A stretch of DNA of 59,312 bases, the filler included, from Squatina squatina (lineage: Eukaryota): assembly GCA_031763465.1 (NCBI GenBank). It is 3 parts of 3 records of this genome, joined end to end, with 100 filler letters (N's around TTAATTAATTAA, not from the genome) between each part and the next. Parts side by side here need not be neighbours in the genome. Positions count along the whole stretch, not along the records: positions 1 to 16,027 come from JARFOE010000004.1; positions 16,128 to 44,475 come from JARFOE010000115.1; 1 more part is not named here. One strand, written 5' to 3'. Shown piece by piece: positions 12,709 through 23,760 of this stretch. Within the stretch, counting starts at the first letter, position 1. Each line of letters starts with the position of its first letter. The notes under the pieces were generated by a model. The model searched no databases. It had not been told where the DNA came from and was given only the letters and a program-made list of their open reading frames with translations. The position numbers were made by a program, and so were the translations under genes.

Positions 12709-13779
12709 TTTGTTTTGTTTTGCAGCAGGTCCCCTTNNNNNNNNNNNNNNNNNNNNNNNNNNNNNNNNNNNNNNNNNNNNNNNNNNNNNNNNNNNNNNNN
12801 NNNNNNNNNNNNNNNNNNNNNNNNNNNNNNNNNNNNTGCCTTTGCACGTTTTGGTTTTTAAAATTTTTTGCGTGGCAATTTGATGAAAGTGCGAGCTGAT
12901 AACATCGTAGCGAGGGGAAACCAGGCATCTGGGGCCTGAGTGAACAGAGAAACCAACAGGATGTCTCCTTAACCAATCAGAATGAAGGATTAAGAAATAA
13001 ATAGAGCAAGGACTGAGAAAAAAGGTGAATTAAAGAGGGTGAATTCAATGTCAAATCAGGTAGAGAGAGACAAATAAAGAGAGAGAGAAAAATTGGATTA
13101 ATAGAGAGAGGAAAAAAGAGACAGAAAGGAAAAGTAGAAAAAGCTCCAACAACAACTAATGCCAGAAGCTTGTAATAGTTAATTTTTGGTGCCAGAGACA
13201 TTGATTGGGAGTAATTTGCAATTATCATATTGTTAAAAGGATATTTACAATTAAAATGATAAGAGCTAAATTTCTGTGGTGATTTTAGTTCATATCTACT
13301 GCGCAGACACAGCAACTTCACGACGTTCAATGCATTTCAATGGTGAGGCTGTCGGCAAAATGCCATTTTTGCGCAACTCGGACAGCAAACTTTGGGTACT
13401 GACATTTAACCGCGCATTTGGTCCTCATCTGAAGTTGCTGTGACACTTAGGCATCAATAACAGTGCGCTCCATTAGCCTCACCGTTACCACGCCAGCAAA
13501 AATTAGCCCAATGGCTCCTTTTTTTGGCTCGCTGTCAATTTTCCATCTTATTACTCTCCTGTGAGGCATCCTGAAGCTAAAGGCGCTATCTACATGTAAG
13601 TTATTCTATGTGTTGCACCTTCACTCTTACTCGCTCTTTCATTTTGTGTCTTTTCATTCTCTTCAAGGTCACCTTGCTTTAGTTGATAGCATTCTCGTCT
13701 CACTGTCAAATACATGTGGGTTCAAGACCTACTCCACCTCGGTTGATGCTTTAGTGCAGCACTGATGTGTTGTCTGAGC

Positions 13780-14387
13780 CCCTGCCTGCCTGTTCATATG
13801 GATATTTCAGTGCCAGAGTTGGGAAGGACACAAACCTCTGGAAAGACGAGATTGGTGGGGATGGAATAGGCAATGCAAACTCCAATGGAGTCCTCCTCCT
13901 GAAGAAGTGCTTAGAACATGGCCTTGTCATAGCCAACACCCTATTTCCTCAGAGGCACAAGTAAAAGACCTTTGCTCCAAGCATTGGCACCTACTAGACT
14001 ACATAATTGTTCGAGCGAGGGACCGCAAGGATGTCCACATCACCATGACAGGAGCCGATGACTGCTGGACTGATCACTGCCTAATCTGCTCTATTATTTC
14101 TATCAACCTGGACCAAAAACGACAGTGGCAACAGAAATACTACCGCAGGAAAATCAGTGTCGAAGGACTCAAAAATCCCGCGAAGAAAGCCCTACTCAGC
14201 CAACGCCTCACAACCAACCTGGCGACGCTCAACGAATCAAGTATCCACAGTGCCTGGTCAGCCTTAAGTCCACCATTACCAGCTGCTGCGAGGAGACGCT
14301 TGGTGTCTCTACCAGGAAACAGCAAGACTGGTTTGACGAGAATGACCAGGAGAGCCAGGAGCTATTAAACTACAAACGCAAGGCATT
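13780..14387 (+). mobile_element. RTE-clade LINE endonuclease-region fragment (degraded)
   Basis: Frameshifted pieces FSARVG...GIGNANSNGVLLL...ANTLF and KHWHLLDYIIVR...GADDCWTDH, typical of RTE/BovB-like APE endonucleases. Preceded by a SINE head at about 13670-13780. Confidence 0.8.
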
Positions 14388-14676
14388 NNNNNNNNNNNNN
14401 NNNNNNNNNNNNNNNNNNNNNNNNNNNNNNNNNNNNNNNNNNNNNNNNNNNNNNNNNNNNNNNNNNNNNNNNNNNNNNNNNNNNNNNAAATTTACTCAAC
14501 TTTTTGAAATATTCTAGTTTTAATTAAGCTCTTAAATCTTGTCATGTTGATGCTTTAAGTTTGTGAAAAAATGCACTGAAGGATAGGTTACATTGAATTT
14601 GTATTAAGTAAATATGTGCAAGTTTTTAAAACATCAGCCCTTTAGCTGACTTTTTTAAAATTGTTTTAATTTGAAG

Positions 14677-14815
14677 GGATACAGCAGGACAGGAACGATT
14701 TCACACCATCACCACCTCCTACTACAGGGGAGCAATGGGAATCATGCTAGTCTATGACATCACAAATGCCAAAAGCTTTGAAAACATCAGCAAATGGCTG
14801 AGGAACATAGATGAG
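14677..14815 (+). CDS. RAB10: RAB10 internal exon (G3 box / switch II)
   Basis: ttgaag|G GAT ACA...GAT GAG|gtaag; 139 nt encoding [55 protein letters not shown] and SKWLRNIDE distinguish RAB10 from RAB8 and RAB13. Confidence 0.95.
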
Positions 14816-16027
14816 GTAAGAACGCTGTAACAATCCAACTAGGGCAACGTGTCATCTTAGGAAGCTGGTCTGTTTTTCATTTTTAGGTGAGGGGGTGGGG
14901 CCTGGTCTCGTGCAAAGATCAATTGCACTGCAGTACTTTTAAATATTAGTGCTAATTCACTGAAGTAATTCTTTGTGCAAAACTCATGCACTGTGGCACA
15001 ACTTCTCAGAACCTTAACAGATGTGAAATTTGGAAATGGAAATGTGAACTCCAATTAAAATTTTTAGTATTTGCTTCAAATTATGAAGAAAGCTTAGTTT
15101 TACGAATAAAATCAGCCATACTGGAGTACTCCTAACACGGAAGTGATGTTAAATTTGTGTAATGTATTCATTATGTTGCATTTGAAATTTCATGTACAGT
15201 GAAGCTACAAATCACAAAAGGCCATCGACCTGAAATGTTAACTGTCTTTACCACTCAGCCTGATCTGAGTATTTCCAGCATTTACTGTTTACTTTATATA
15301 GTGAACCTTCACCTCATTCCTGGTAATCTAGAAGTTCTCATGAAGATTATGACACCGTTGTTTAAGTGCTCGGGTAGACACGATGAGCCAAATATGTGTT
15401 AATCTCTGGCTGTTGAATCAATTTTTATCTGATTATGCTCTTGTGAAGTTCTTCGAAGGTGTTGTATAAATGCAAGTTGTTGAAACAGTTCTAAAGCAGT
15501 ACAAAATCACAGTGCTTAACAAAGTTTCATATTTCAGACCTGTTTCTGCTGGCTGCACTTGCTCGATGTCAACACTGATTTTAAAAAAGTAAATTAGTCA
15601 TTCCAGAAAGCAGATTGGACTGCACATTTCTTGAGCACCTTGTGTGATTGTAACAACTCAATGACTGCTTAGTTTAGCAGCAAGCAGTATTAAATATCAC
15701 TCCCTCTTACTGATCACTTTCCCTCCTTCTCCCCGTGCCGAGTGAAGTCTTGTGACCATGTTTTGTACCCTATATTGAGTACATGGAGCAGGCAGTTCCC
15801 TCAATTGGTGGGAGCTCCTGCTGCACCATGCTTGTTCTTGGTCACTGGGGACCTCTGCTAATATTGTTTTAAGTTATGCTTTCACTCTAACCAACTAGAA
15901 CCATACTTTTCCCAGCTGTTTATCTTTGTGCAAGCTGTTTTAAGACTGGGTAGCACAAATTAACAATTAATTCCTCAGTTTTTTAAAATAAACAATGCAG
16001 AGTACTATTGGGCTTTGTATATAGGAC

Positions 16028-16127
16028 NNNNNNNNNNNNNNNNNNNNNNNNNNNNNNNNNNNNNNNNNNNNTTAATTAATTAANNNNNNNNNNNNNNNNN
16101 NNNNNNNNNNNNNNNNNNNNNNNNNNN
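16028..16127. other. Artificial scaffold linker N44-TTAATTAATTAA-N44
   Basis: A 12-mer with stop codons in all six frames, centred in an exactly 100-nt spacer. The same structure occurs at 44476-44575. Confidence 0.95.
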
Positions 16128-16748
16128 ATTTTCTCCAATTAAATATTAGGAAGACCAAAGCCATTGTCTTTGGTCCCACCACAAACTCCATTCTCTAGCC
16201 ACTGACTTCATCCCTCTCGCTAACATCAACCTTAGTGTCATATTTGACCCTGAAATGGGCTTTCGACCACATATCTGTGGCAAGACCGCCTATTTCCACC
16301 TCGGTAACATCGTCCGTCTCTGCCCCTGCTCATCTGCTGCTGAAACCCTCATCCATGACTTTGTTACCTCTAAACTTAACTATTCCAACGCACTCCTGGC
16401 TGGCTTCCCACGTAGACTTGAGGTACGTAAACTTGAGGTCATCCAAAACTCAGCTGCCTGTGTCCTAATTCTGCCCTCTTGAGCATCCCTGATTATAATT
16501 GCTCAACCATTGGTGGCCATGCCTTTTGTTGCTGAGACCCGAAGCTCAGGAAGTCCCTGCATAAACCTTTCCGCTTCTCTACCTCTCTTTCCTCCTTCAA
16601 GATGCTCCTGAAAACCTATTACTTTGACCAAACTTTTGGTCACCTGCCCTAATTACTCCTTAGGTGGCTCAGTGTCAAATTTTTGTTTTATCCTCTTGTG
16701 AAGCGCCTTTTACTACATTTAAAGGCGCTATATAAATACAAGTTGTTG
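16128..16748 (+). mobile_element. L2 LINE 3' fragment
   Basis: KTAYFHLGNI...AAETLIHDFVTSKLNYSNALLAG...IQNSAA, plus the L2 tail gtgaagcgcc...aaggcgctatataaatacaagttgttg. Confidence 0.85.
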
Positions 16749-16817
16749 GTATTTCTACAGTCCAAGGAAAGGCTTCTTGCCCTGGATTTTCTTGACTCCT
16801 CCTGATTTATATTTTAG

Positions 16818-17017
16818 GTAAGGATGACATGGAGATGTGCGAACTGAGCCTGGAAGAGACAGGGCTCACTCGGAAGCGTGGAGCTGAGATCCTACCGCGG
16901 CAGTTTGAAGAGGTGTGGGAACGCTGTGGTGGAGTCACGTATCTGCGCAATGCAATCGAAAGCAAGCAGGCCAGGCCCACCTATGCCACAGCAATGCTGC
17001 AGAACCTTCTGCAATAG
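16818..17017 (+). CDS. MYO6: Myosin VI terminal coding exon (end of the cargo-binding domain)
   Basis: attttag|GT AAG GAT GAC ATG...CAA TAG encodes (G)[38 protein letters not shown]...[15 protein letters not shown], matching the recalled MYO6 C-terminus. Convergent with IMPG1, as in human 6q14. Confidence 0.95.
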
Positions 17018-17130
17018 AATGTAATAGTTTCTGCCCTAATTAGAGATAGAGTAGTGTAGAAAAAGAGACTTGTAAATGGAACAAAGAGAATACTTCTCTC
17101 TCTGTCGAAGATAAATCTCCCAGAGCTTGA

Positions 17131-17209
17131 AATAAATGATTTTTTTAAACTTCCAGAACTCCGAAGCACTATGCTATGCAACGGTAATGAATAAAACCAA
17201 TCGAATAAA
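17131..17209 (+). promoter_or_regulatory. Cluster of AATAAA hexamers in the MYO6 3' UTR (candidate proximal polyA signals)
   Basis: AATAAA at 17131, 17190 and 17204, downstream of the stop codon. Whether any is used is unknown. Confidence 0.35.
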
Positions 17210-17706
17210 ATTAAGAATAATAATTGGTGATGGTAACCCTCTTAGATCTCTTTGGGAAACAATCAAAATAAAAGATAACTCGAGTGGATCCTAGTTTAGT
17301 TGAAGATGCCGCAATGACATTTGCAAGACTAGGCAAAGAATGACTGTGGCTGATTCATATGTTATTAGTTCTTTTCAAGATAATGTCAGTTGGAAAATGT
17401 ATAGTCTCATTCTGTGGTAGTTTAAAAATGTACAAGTTGTCACCTTTGATTGAATTTCAGAAGTTATTTAATTATTGCTCGGGCCAAGTCCTCAATGTGA
17501 GTAGTTACTATTCCCCATAACCCACATTTAATAAGCCCCAGTCCAGTAAGATANNNNNNNNNNNNNNNNNNNNNNNNNNNNNNNNNNNNNNNNNNNNNNN
17601 NNNNNNNNNNNNNNNNNNNNNNNNNNNNNNNNNNNNNNNNNNNNNNNNNNNNNATCTCAATCTTATGGGTATACTTTCAGCAACATTATTAATTAGACCC
17701 CTCCCC

Positions 17707-17758
<52 letters not shown>
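17707..17758. repeat. Compound microsatellite (GT)10(AT)16
   Basis: Read directly from the sequence. Confidence 0.95.
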
Positions 17759-17760
<2 letters not shown>

Positions 17761-18702
17761 CTCAGCACAGGACTGTCAAGATTACCAAAATACAGAGATA
17801 CAAGTTAATGGAGTTATTCGAACTACTGTACAAGGCAGAGGCTTCAGATCTCATGTTAAAGCTGTATATGATTGAACTCCTCTTCAGAACGTGGTTACTT
17901 CATCAGAAGGCTCCATTTTCCATATTGACGGGAGATTATAGAAAGATGCACTATGCGCCTGTGATTCTGGTACTGCCCAAAGCTGTAAACAAACAAACAC
18001 GTCAGTGGAATTAGAATTAATAAATAGCAGGTGCTGCCATCGCCACTCTCACCCTGCCTGCTCACAGTGAACTGACTGGGCAGCCTGCTCCCTGCAGTGG
18101 GACAAGGGACATACCAGTAAATGGAGCAGGGAAGGTGGTTTTAGATACTCTTCATTTTATGAATGAATAGGTTTGATACAGTGGGCAGGCAAAGTGATTA
18201 ATGTGGATAAATACCAGGTGAAGTGCTGAAACGTGGACATGACGGGAGTCCTATTTAAAAGTATGCGCGCGGGATTAAATCCAATACTATCGGAGGGTTT
18301 GCCAACCCACCAGGATTGTCCTGCAGTCTTCAGGAATTAAAGATTATAGTCTCCAGGACACTGCTGCCCGCAAAACCCAGGGAGAGAAACCATAGGGGCA
18401 TTAAAAAAAAATTGTTTTTTTTTAATTTTCTTTAAACACGTTTATTTCTCCATTCTTAAATAACTGGAAATGTGAGTGGAAAAAGGGCTGTGGGTGACTG
18501 AGAGTCAAGATTTATAGAAACATAGAAAATAGGTGCAGGAGTAGGCCATTAGGCCCTTCGAGCCTGCACCGCCATTCAATATGATCANNNNNNNNNNNNN
18601 NNNNNNNNNNNNNNNNNNNNNNNNNNNNNNNNNNNNNNNNNNNNNNNNNNNNNNNNNNNNNNNNNNNNNNNNNNNNNNNNNNNNNNNCCACAAGTCACAA
18701 AC

Positions 18703-18913
18703 CTGCAGACAGCTCCCTTCTCTCGATCTATTTCACATTTGCCATTGTTGAGGCAATAGTTTGGTCGGAGGCTGCAGATGCTCTGGCAGGGCAGTCCGTC
18801 CACACTGATATAACCAGGATAGCACACACACTGGGCTTCTCTTGTCCACCTGTTGACTCGGCACTCGGAGAACTCATTGCATGCCTGGAATTTACATGTG
18901 TCGGCTTGGTCAG
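18703..18913 (-). CDS. IMPG1: IMPG1 exon encoding tandem EGF-like repeats
   Basis: gtttcag|CT GAC CAA GCC...TGC AG|gtttgt; 211 nt encoding [17 protein letters not shown]...[18 protein letters not shown]. The DQAD start and the position next to MYO6 favour IMPG1 over IMPG2. Confidence 0.85.
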
Positions 18914-19695
18914 CTGAAACCAGATTCCAGATTAGTCCAACTGATTTAAACATTTGAATTGAATTAGCATTTTTGCACTGTTCACACGATAACCAGGGCC
19001 ATATTGGACACTGCTGTGCAGATTCGGGTTGACAATTCTGGTTGGGCACATTGCTGGAGGTGTCATCACAGGACCCCTCCCACCCTCCAACAGCTCCACC
19101 CCCACATTCCCACCATTGGTCACCAGACATGCTCAGCCTCACTGTGCACTGTCTTCCCACGCCATTTGGAAAGCAAACTGAATCTTCATTACCTGAGTGG
19201 ACGATTCTTAGTCAAACAGCCTTTTCCCCCATCTCAAATAGTTTTATAACGAATAAACAAAAGTGTTCAAAGAAAATAAAACAAAACACTATTTAATGCC
19301 CCTATGATTTTTCCCGTGGGTGTTGCTCCCAGCAGTGTNNNNNNNNNNNNNNNNNNNNNNNNNNNNNNNNNNNNNNACCCCAATAATGCGGCCCCTTTGG
19401 GTGCTGTCCAATTGGGGGCCCTAAATGTTTGTCCACTAATCGTCAACACTAATCTTCAGCCTTATATTTTAAACATGGAAAGCATTACCTCCAACTAATG
19501 TTCCAAACCCCCAAATTGTCCTTGTAATATTCTAGAATTTTCATATAAAATGTTATGGTTCTTATCTCTGCAAAGCTGGAAAATTGGATAAGAAAACCAT
19601 TCCCTGCCATGCACACCTTTCATAAAATTGTGGAGGCAAATTAGTGGCTGTTTAGTTACAGAGTACCCTGCCCTTTGAACGGATGGTGACTCATT

Positions 19696-20351
19696 GGCCA
19701 GGATTTTGCAGTGATAATGATGGCGAACTGTCAGTGTTCGCCGTCATTACCCCTCTGAAACTGATCGTAACTTCAGGATTTAGTGCGTGCGCAGCTAAAC
19801 GTGGAAATCCTGACGTTGCAGTCAGTCATTCCCTGCTCTGACATAGGCTGCGCAATGCACCCCGCAAAGGCTGTGCAATGCACCCCCCAAACTGCCGTGC
19901 CAGCGAGAGCCGATAATCAGTGAAACTGGCAAAAACTTACTTTTGCGCGCCAATATCACTGCTAAACACCCCATGAAATGTTAAGCCTCGTTGAAATAGG
20001 TATAACTGAGGTTTTAACAATGTATTGGCCGGTAAACAACCATTCTGGCCCTGAAAATTTTATATTTGTGGAACACCAAATCTCTCCATTATGGTAAAAA
20101 TTATTCGATTTTTATTTGTTCATGATATTTCAGCTTCGATCTTTACCCCATGGATCGGCCCCAATTATATTTTGCTCTCAATTTTTTAAATTGAAGTTAA
20201 TTAGTGCTTTTTATTTCCTGGTTTGCTGTCTGTGAGAATTCTTCACTGTGATTGGCTGCTTAGACAGCTGGCGACATCCCTTGCTGTTCACTGGAGTTCC
20301 CCTTTGACCATGCCTCAATCAATTGCACGTCAACGAAGCTGAAGTTTGCGC
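19696..20351 (+). mobile_element. Non-autonomous DNA transposon / MITE-like repeat (probably Harbinger-related)
   Basis: The terminus ggccaggattttgcagtgataatgatggcgaactgtcag is homologous, in opposite orientation, to about 22200-22562. A more distant relative may lie at about 13000-13510. Confidence 0.55.
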
Positions 20352-20567
20352 NNNNNNNNNNNNNNNNNNNNNNNNNNNNNNNNNNNNNNNNNNNNNNNNN
20401 NNNNNNNNNNNNNNNNNNNNNNNNNNNNNNNNNNNNNNNNNNNNNNNNNNNCAACCAGCTCTCCCCTTTTCGAATAATCCATTTTGTTGGTAACTCACTC
20501 TGCCCGAGCTCTTTTCCCCTCTGTTCTCCACTTGCTCCCTTGCTCCCAGCACAGCTCGCCCTATGGT

Positions 20568-20613
20568 CTCCCTATCTCGCTCTCCCTATCTCGCTCTCCC
20601 TATCTCGCTCTCC
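20568..20613. repeat. 14-bp tandem repeat (CTCCCTATCTCGCT) x3
   Basis: Read directly from the sequence. Confidence 0.9.
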
Positions 20614-20749
20614 GTTGTTCTCAGAGCAGCCCCACTTCCTGTCACTCCCTACCATTCCACAACCCCTTGTAAACTCTCTTCCACTTCCAAGCACCCGCCT
20701 CAACTCTCAGGTTAGGGCACAACTCTTTGAAGAGAAATAAATGTTGTTA

Positions 20750-21085
20750 GTTAGGCAAAAATGGCATTCAATTTGCACACATCAAGCTCCCACAAACCAC
20801 AACGGGGTGAACGACTGGATAATCTGTTTGTGATGGTATTTGTTGAGGGAAGAATGTTGGTCAAGGAGTCTAGGAGAGCTCAACTGCTCTTTGAATAATG
20901 CTATACCATTTTTTACATCAATCTGAGCAGAGAGACAGGGCAGTGGTTTGAAGCTCACCTGAAAGATGGTACCATCCAACAATGCAGCTCTCCCTCAGTA
21001 CTGAACTGAAGTATCAACCTAAATTATATGTTCAAATCTGTAGGGAGGCTTGAACCCCTGACTCAGAGTGTCACCAACTGAGACA
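20750..21085 (-). mobile_element. DeuSINE-like SINE, diverged copy
   Basis: The reverse complement matches the body of the 23297 copy (caagctcccacaaac, ctgagcagagagacaggg, ctccctcagtactg). Confidence 0.75.
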
Positions 21086-21256
21086 AGTGCGTAAAGACAG
21101 GTTATGGATAAACAGCTGCATGGTGACATGCCACAGCAAAAGCTAGTACTCTTCCTATAACTATATAAAGCTTTATAAAATTGATATCTATTCAGATAAT
21201 TGTCATCAGTGGTCATTGGGGTGAAGGCAACCTGCTTCAATCAGACATCAAATTAC

Positions 21257-21513
21257 CTTGTGCAAACTGAAGTGAACCTGGATCCATTGAAAGAGAAGTG
21301 TCATTGAGCAGTGCCATGGCAACCATGTCCTGAAATCTGGTCACTGTTATGGTGACCACTGGTTCCTCTGGAATCTCGTCTGGTGGTTCAAACAGCATAT
21401 CTCCATTCTCAACTTTATTGGAACCGATGTTTAGGACCTCGTTTCGAATGTCACTCAGTGTGGCGGCCCTTTTATCAAAGATCGCAGTAAAGCGAATCAC
21501 ACGACTGTCCACA
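21257..21513 (-). CDS. IMPG1: IMPG1 exon (end of the first SEA domain and linker)
   Basis: ctttcag|T GTG GAC...GCA CAA G|gtaatt encodes ...IRFTAIF...IGSNKVENG...SLSMDPGSLQF, resembling the IMPG1/IMPG2 region after SEA1. Confidence 0.8.
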
Positions 21514-22734
21514 CTGAAAGAAAAATAATTAATAATTGAGATGAGTTTGATTAATACCTTATTACAGAAAACAATCTATAATTTAACGTACAGCCTGTGG
21601 GGCCTAATATATCTTGAATACTGGGATTGTGCCAATATGTGAAACTGGGCTGGTTTTGGGTATGAGCTTTTTGATGGCATTAATTTTGACAGTCAAGTTT
21701 TGACCTACATTAACCACATACCCAACACATTGCTTTGCATATCTGCAAGGCTTTCTTTCCTTCTCTCCAAAATTTCATGGAGCTAAGCTAATGAAAACTT
21801 AAAGCCAATACACAAATAATTTTTCAAAAGTAATAATTTAAAAAAAATTGTTCCTGGGATGTGGGTGTCGCTGGCAAGGCCAGCATTTATTGCCCATCCC
21901 TAGTTGCCCTTGAGAANNNNNNNNNNNNNNNNNNNNNNNNNNNNNNNNNNNNNNNNNNNNNNNNNNNNNNNNNNNNNNNNNNNNNNNNNNNNNNNNNNNN
22001 NNNNNNNNNNNNNNNNAACCAGGAAGAAAAACGACTGATTATCCGTCACTTTTTAATCATTTTACGGAGATCAAAATACAGATTGGGACATACACATGGG
22101 ATTATGGTAGAAACTGAAGTATCATAAACAAACTTTGATTTTTTTCTATTATTTTAAATATCTATGTGAATTTGTATCATAATAGAGAAAGTTGACATTC
22201 CACAAACATAAAATCAGTTTTTCAGGGCCAAAGAGGATGTTCATCATTAATTATGACTTAGTATGCTGTTAAAACTCCAGTTACATCTCATTGAAAAAGG
22301 TTTAACTTTTGGGTTTTTTTTCACAGCAAGATTAGGGTGTCAAAAGTGGAAGTTCATGCCAACCCACGTGATTTCTAAGATTGCTGTCTGTGAGGACTTC
22401 AGCAGCGCACCATGTGGAGGAGCAGGGAATCACTGAAAGCAACCTCTGGATTTCCATGTTTAACTGCGCCTGTGCAGACGACAGAAGTTGCTGTCAGATT
22501 CACAGGGTAATGCCGGCGAATGCTGACAGTTTTGCCATCATTATAACCGCATATTCTGGGCCATTAATATTTATAGAAAGTTGACAGTTTTAATGTGTGG
22601 GACAACATCAGCTCAATAATGCGGCTTTGTATATGATATGCTTGACGACTTTTCACTAAGTGAATAGCTACGGCATGCACTAACAACAGGTCTAGTACAT
22701 AGGTTTTCAGGACACTGCGAGCTGTACTGATTAC

Positions 22735-22769
22735 CTTAGTTGAAGATCACGACCTTGTATACCCAGTCT
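22735..22769 (-). CDS. IMPG1: Probable 35-nt IMPG1 micro-exon
   Basis: ttcatttacag|AGA CTG GGT ATA CAA GGT CGT GAT CTT CAA CTA AG|gtaat (RLGIQGRDLQL-R). Its phase-0 start fits the upstream exon, and IMPG genes have a very short exon at this position (recalled). Confidence 0.65.
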
Positions 22770-23031
22770 CTGTAAATGAAAGGAAAATTGTCAACATCTT
22801 TTAATCTTTGAAGGAAATATAGGAATGAAATGGAAAGAATCTACAAAGCAGTTCAAATTCTTATGTTCAATTTGTCTTGCATTTCATGGCAGCTTAATAT
22901 TTAAATGTTGGAACAAAGTTGGTTTGGGTATATTAAACCTCAACTTATAACTAATGTGGATAACTGGAAGTAAAACATGCTTAAAATGAGATCATGTTTA
23001 AAATTGTTTCTAAATTAAATTCATTCCTTAC

Positions 23032-23198
23032 CCTCTGAACCATGCTTAGATGTTCCTGGGAGTCACTGAAGTTCTGCCCAATCTGGAACAGATAGTTCGT
23101 CTCTCGCTGACAAATGTTGACCCACTGCTGATATTCATCATTCTCTGGAATTCTATCCAAGAAGATCCGAAATGCTTCCCAGACTGCTTCCTGACAAA
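23032..23198 (-). CDS. IMPG1: IMPG1 N-terminal conserved exon
   Basis: gctcag|TT TGT CAG GAA...CAG AGG|gtaagg; 167 nt encoding (V)[17 protein letters not shown]...[12 protein letters not shown], an IMPG signature. FLDRIP is IMPG1-like. Confidence 0.9.
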
Positions 23199-23296
23199 CT
23201 GAGCAAGGACAATCCGTCAGCACAAAAATCACAATATCCATTTTAACAAAGCTTTATGGTGAAGTATTGTTTTCTGAAGTCCTTACTCTCCTGAAA

Positions 23297-23760
23297 GTGT
23301 CAGCCGTGGCTCAGTGGGTAGCACTCTCACCTCTGAGTCAGAAGGTTGTGGGTTAAAGTCCCACTCCAGAGACTTGAGCACAAAAATCTAGGCTGATACT
23401 CCAGTGTAGTACTGAGAGAGTGCCACACTGTTGGAGGTGCCGTCTTTTGGATTAAACGTCAAACCGAGACCCCGTCTGCTCTCTCAGGTGGATGTAAAAG
23501 ATCTCATGGTACTATTCTGAAGAAGAGCAGGGGAGTTATCCCCGGTGTCCTGGCCAATATTTACCACTCAATTAACATCACTAAAAACAGATTATCTGGT
23601 CATTATTACATTGTTGTTTGTGGGAGCTTGCTGTGAGCAAATTGGCTGCCACAGTGTGACTACACTGCAAAAAAAAAAGTACTTAATTGGCTGTAAAGCG
23701 CTTTGGGACATCTGGTGGTCATGAAAGCTGCTGTATAAATGCAAGTCTTTTCTTTCTTTC
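23297..23760 (+). mobile_element. Near full-length SacSINE1-like DeuSINE
   Basis: tRNA-type A box (tggctcagtggg), B box at 23351 (ggttaaagtcc, one mismatch), Deu-domain-like core (ctctcaggtggatgtaaaagatc...gaagagcaggggagtt...ctggccaatatt) and an L2-like tail (gtaaagcgctttggga...tataaatgcaagtctttt). Confidence 0.85.

Noticed and set aside
14677-17017. Apparent novel RAB10-MYO6 trafficking gene cluster or fusion on the plus strand
   Set aside because: The two exons are separated by the synthetic TTAATTAATTAA scaffold linker.
23297-23370. tRNA-like A and B boxes
   Set aside because: No full cloverleaf; the sequence continues into a SINE body and tail.
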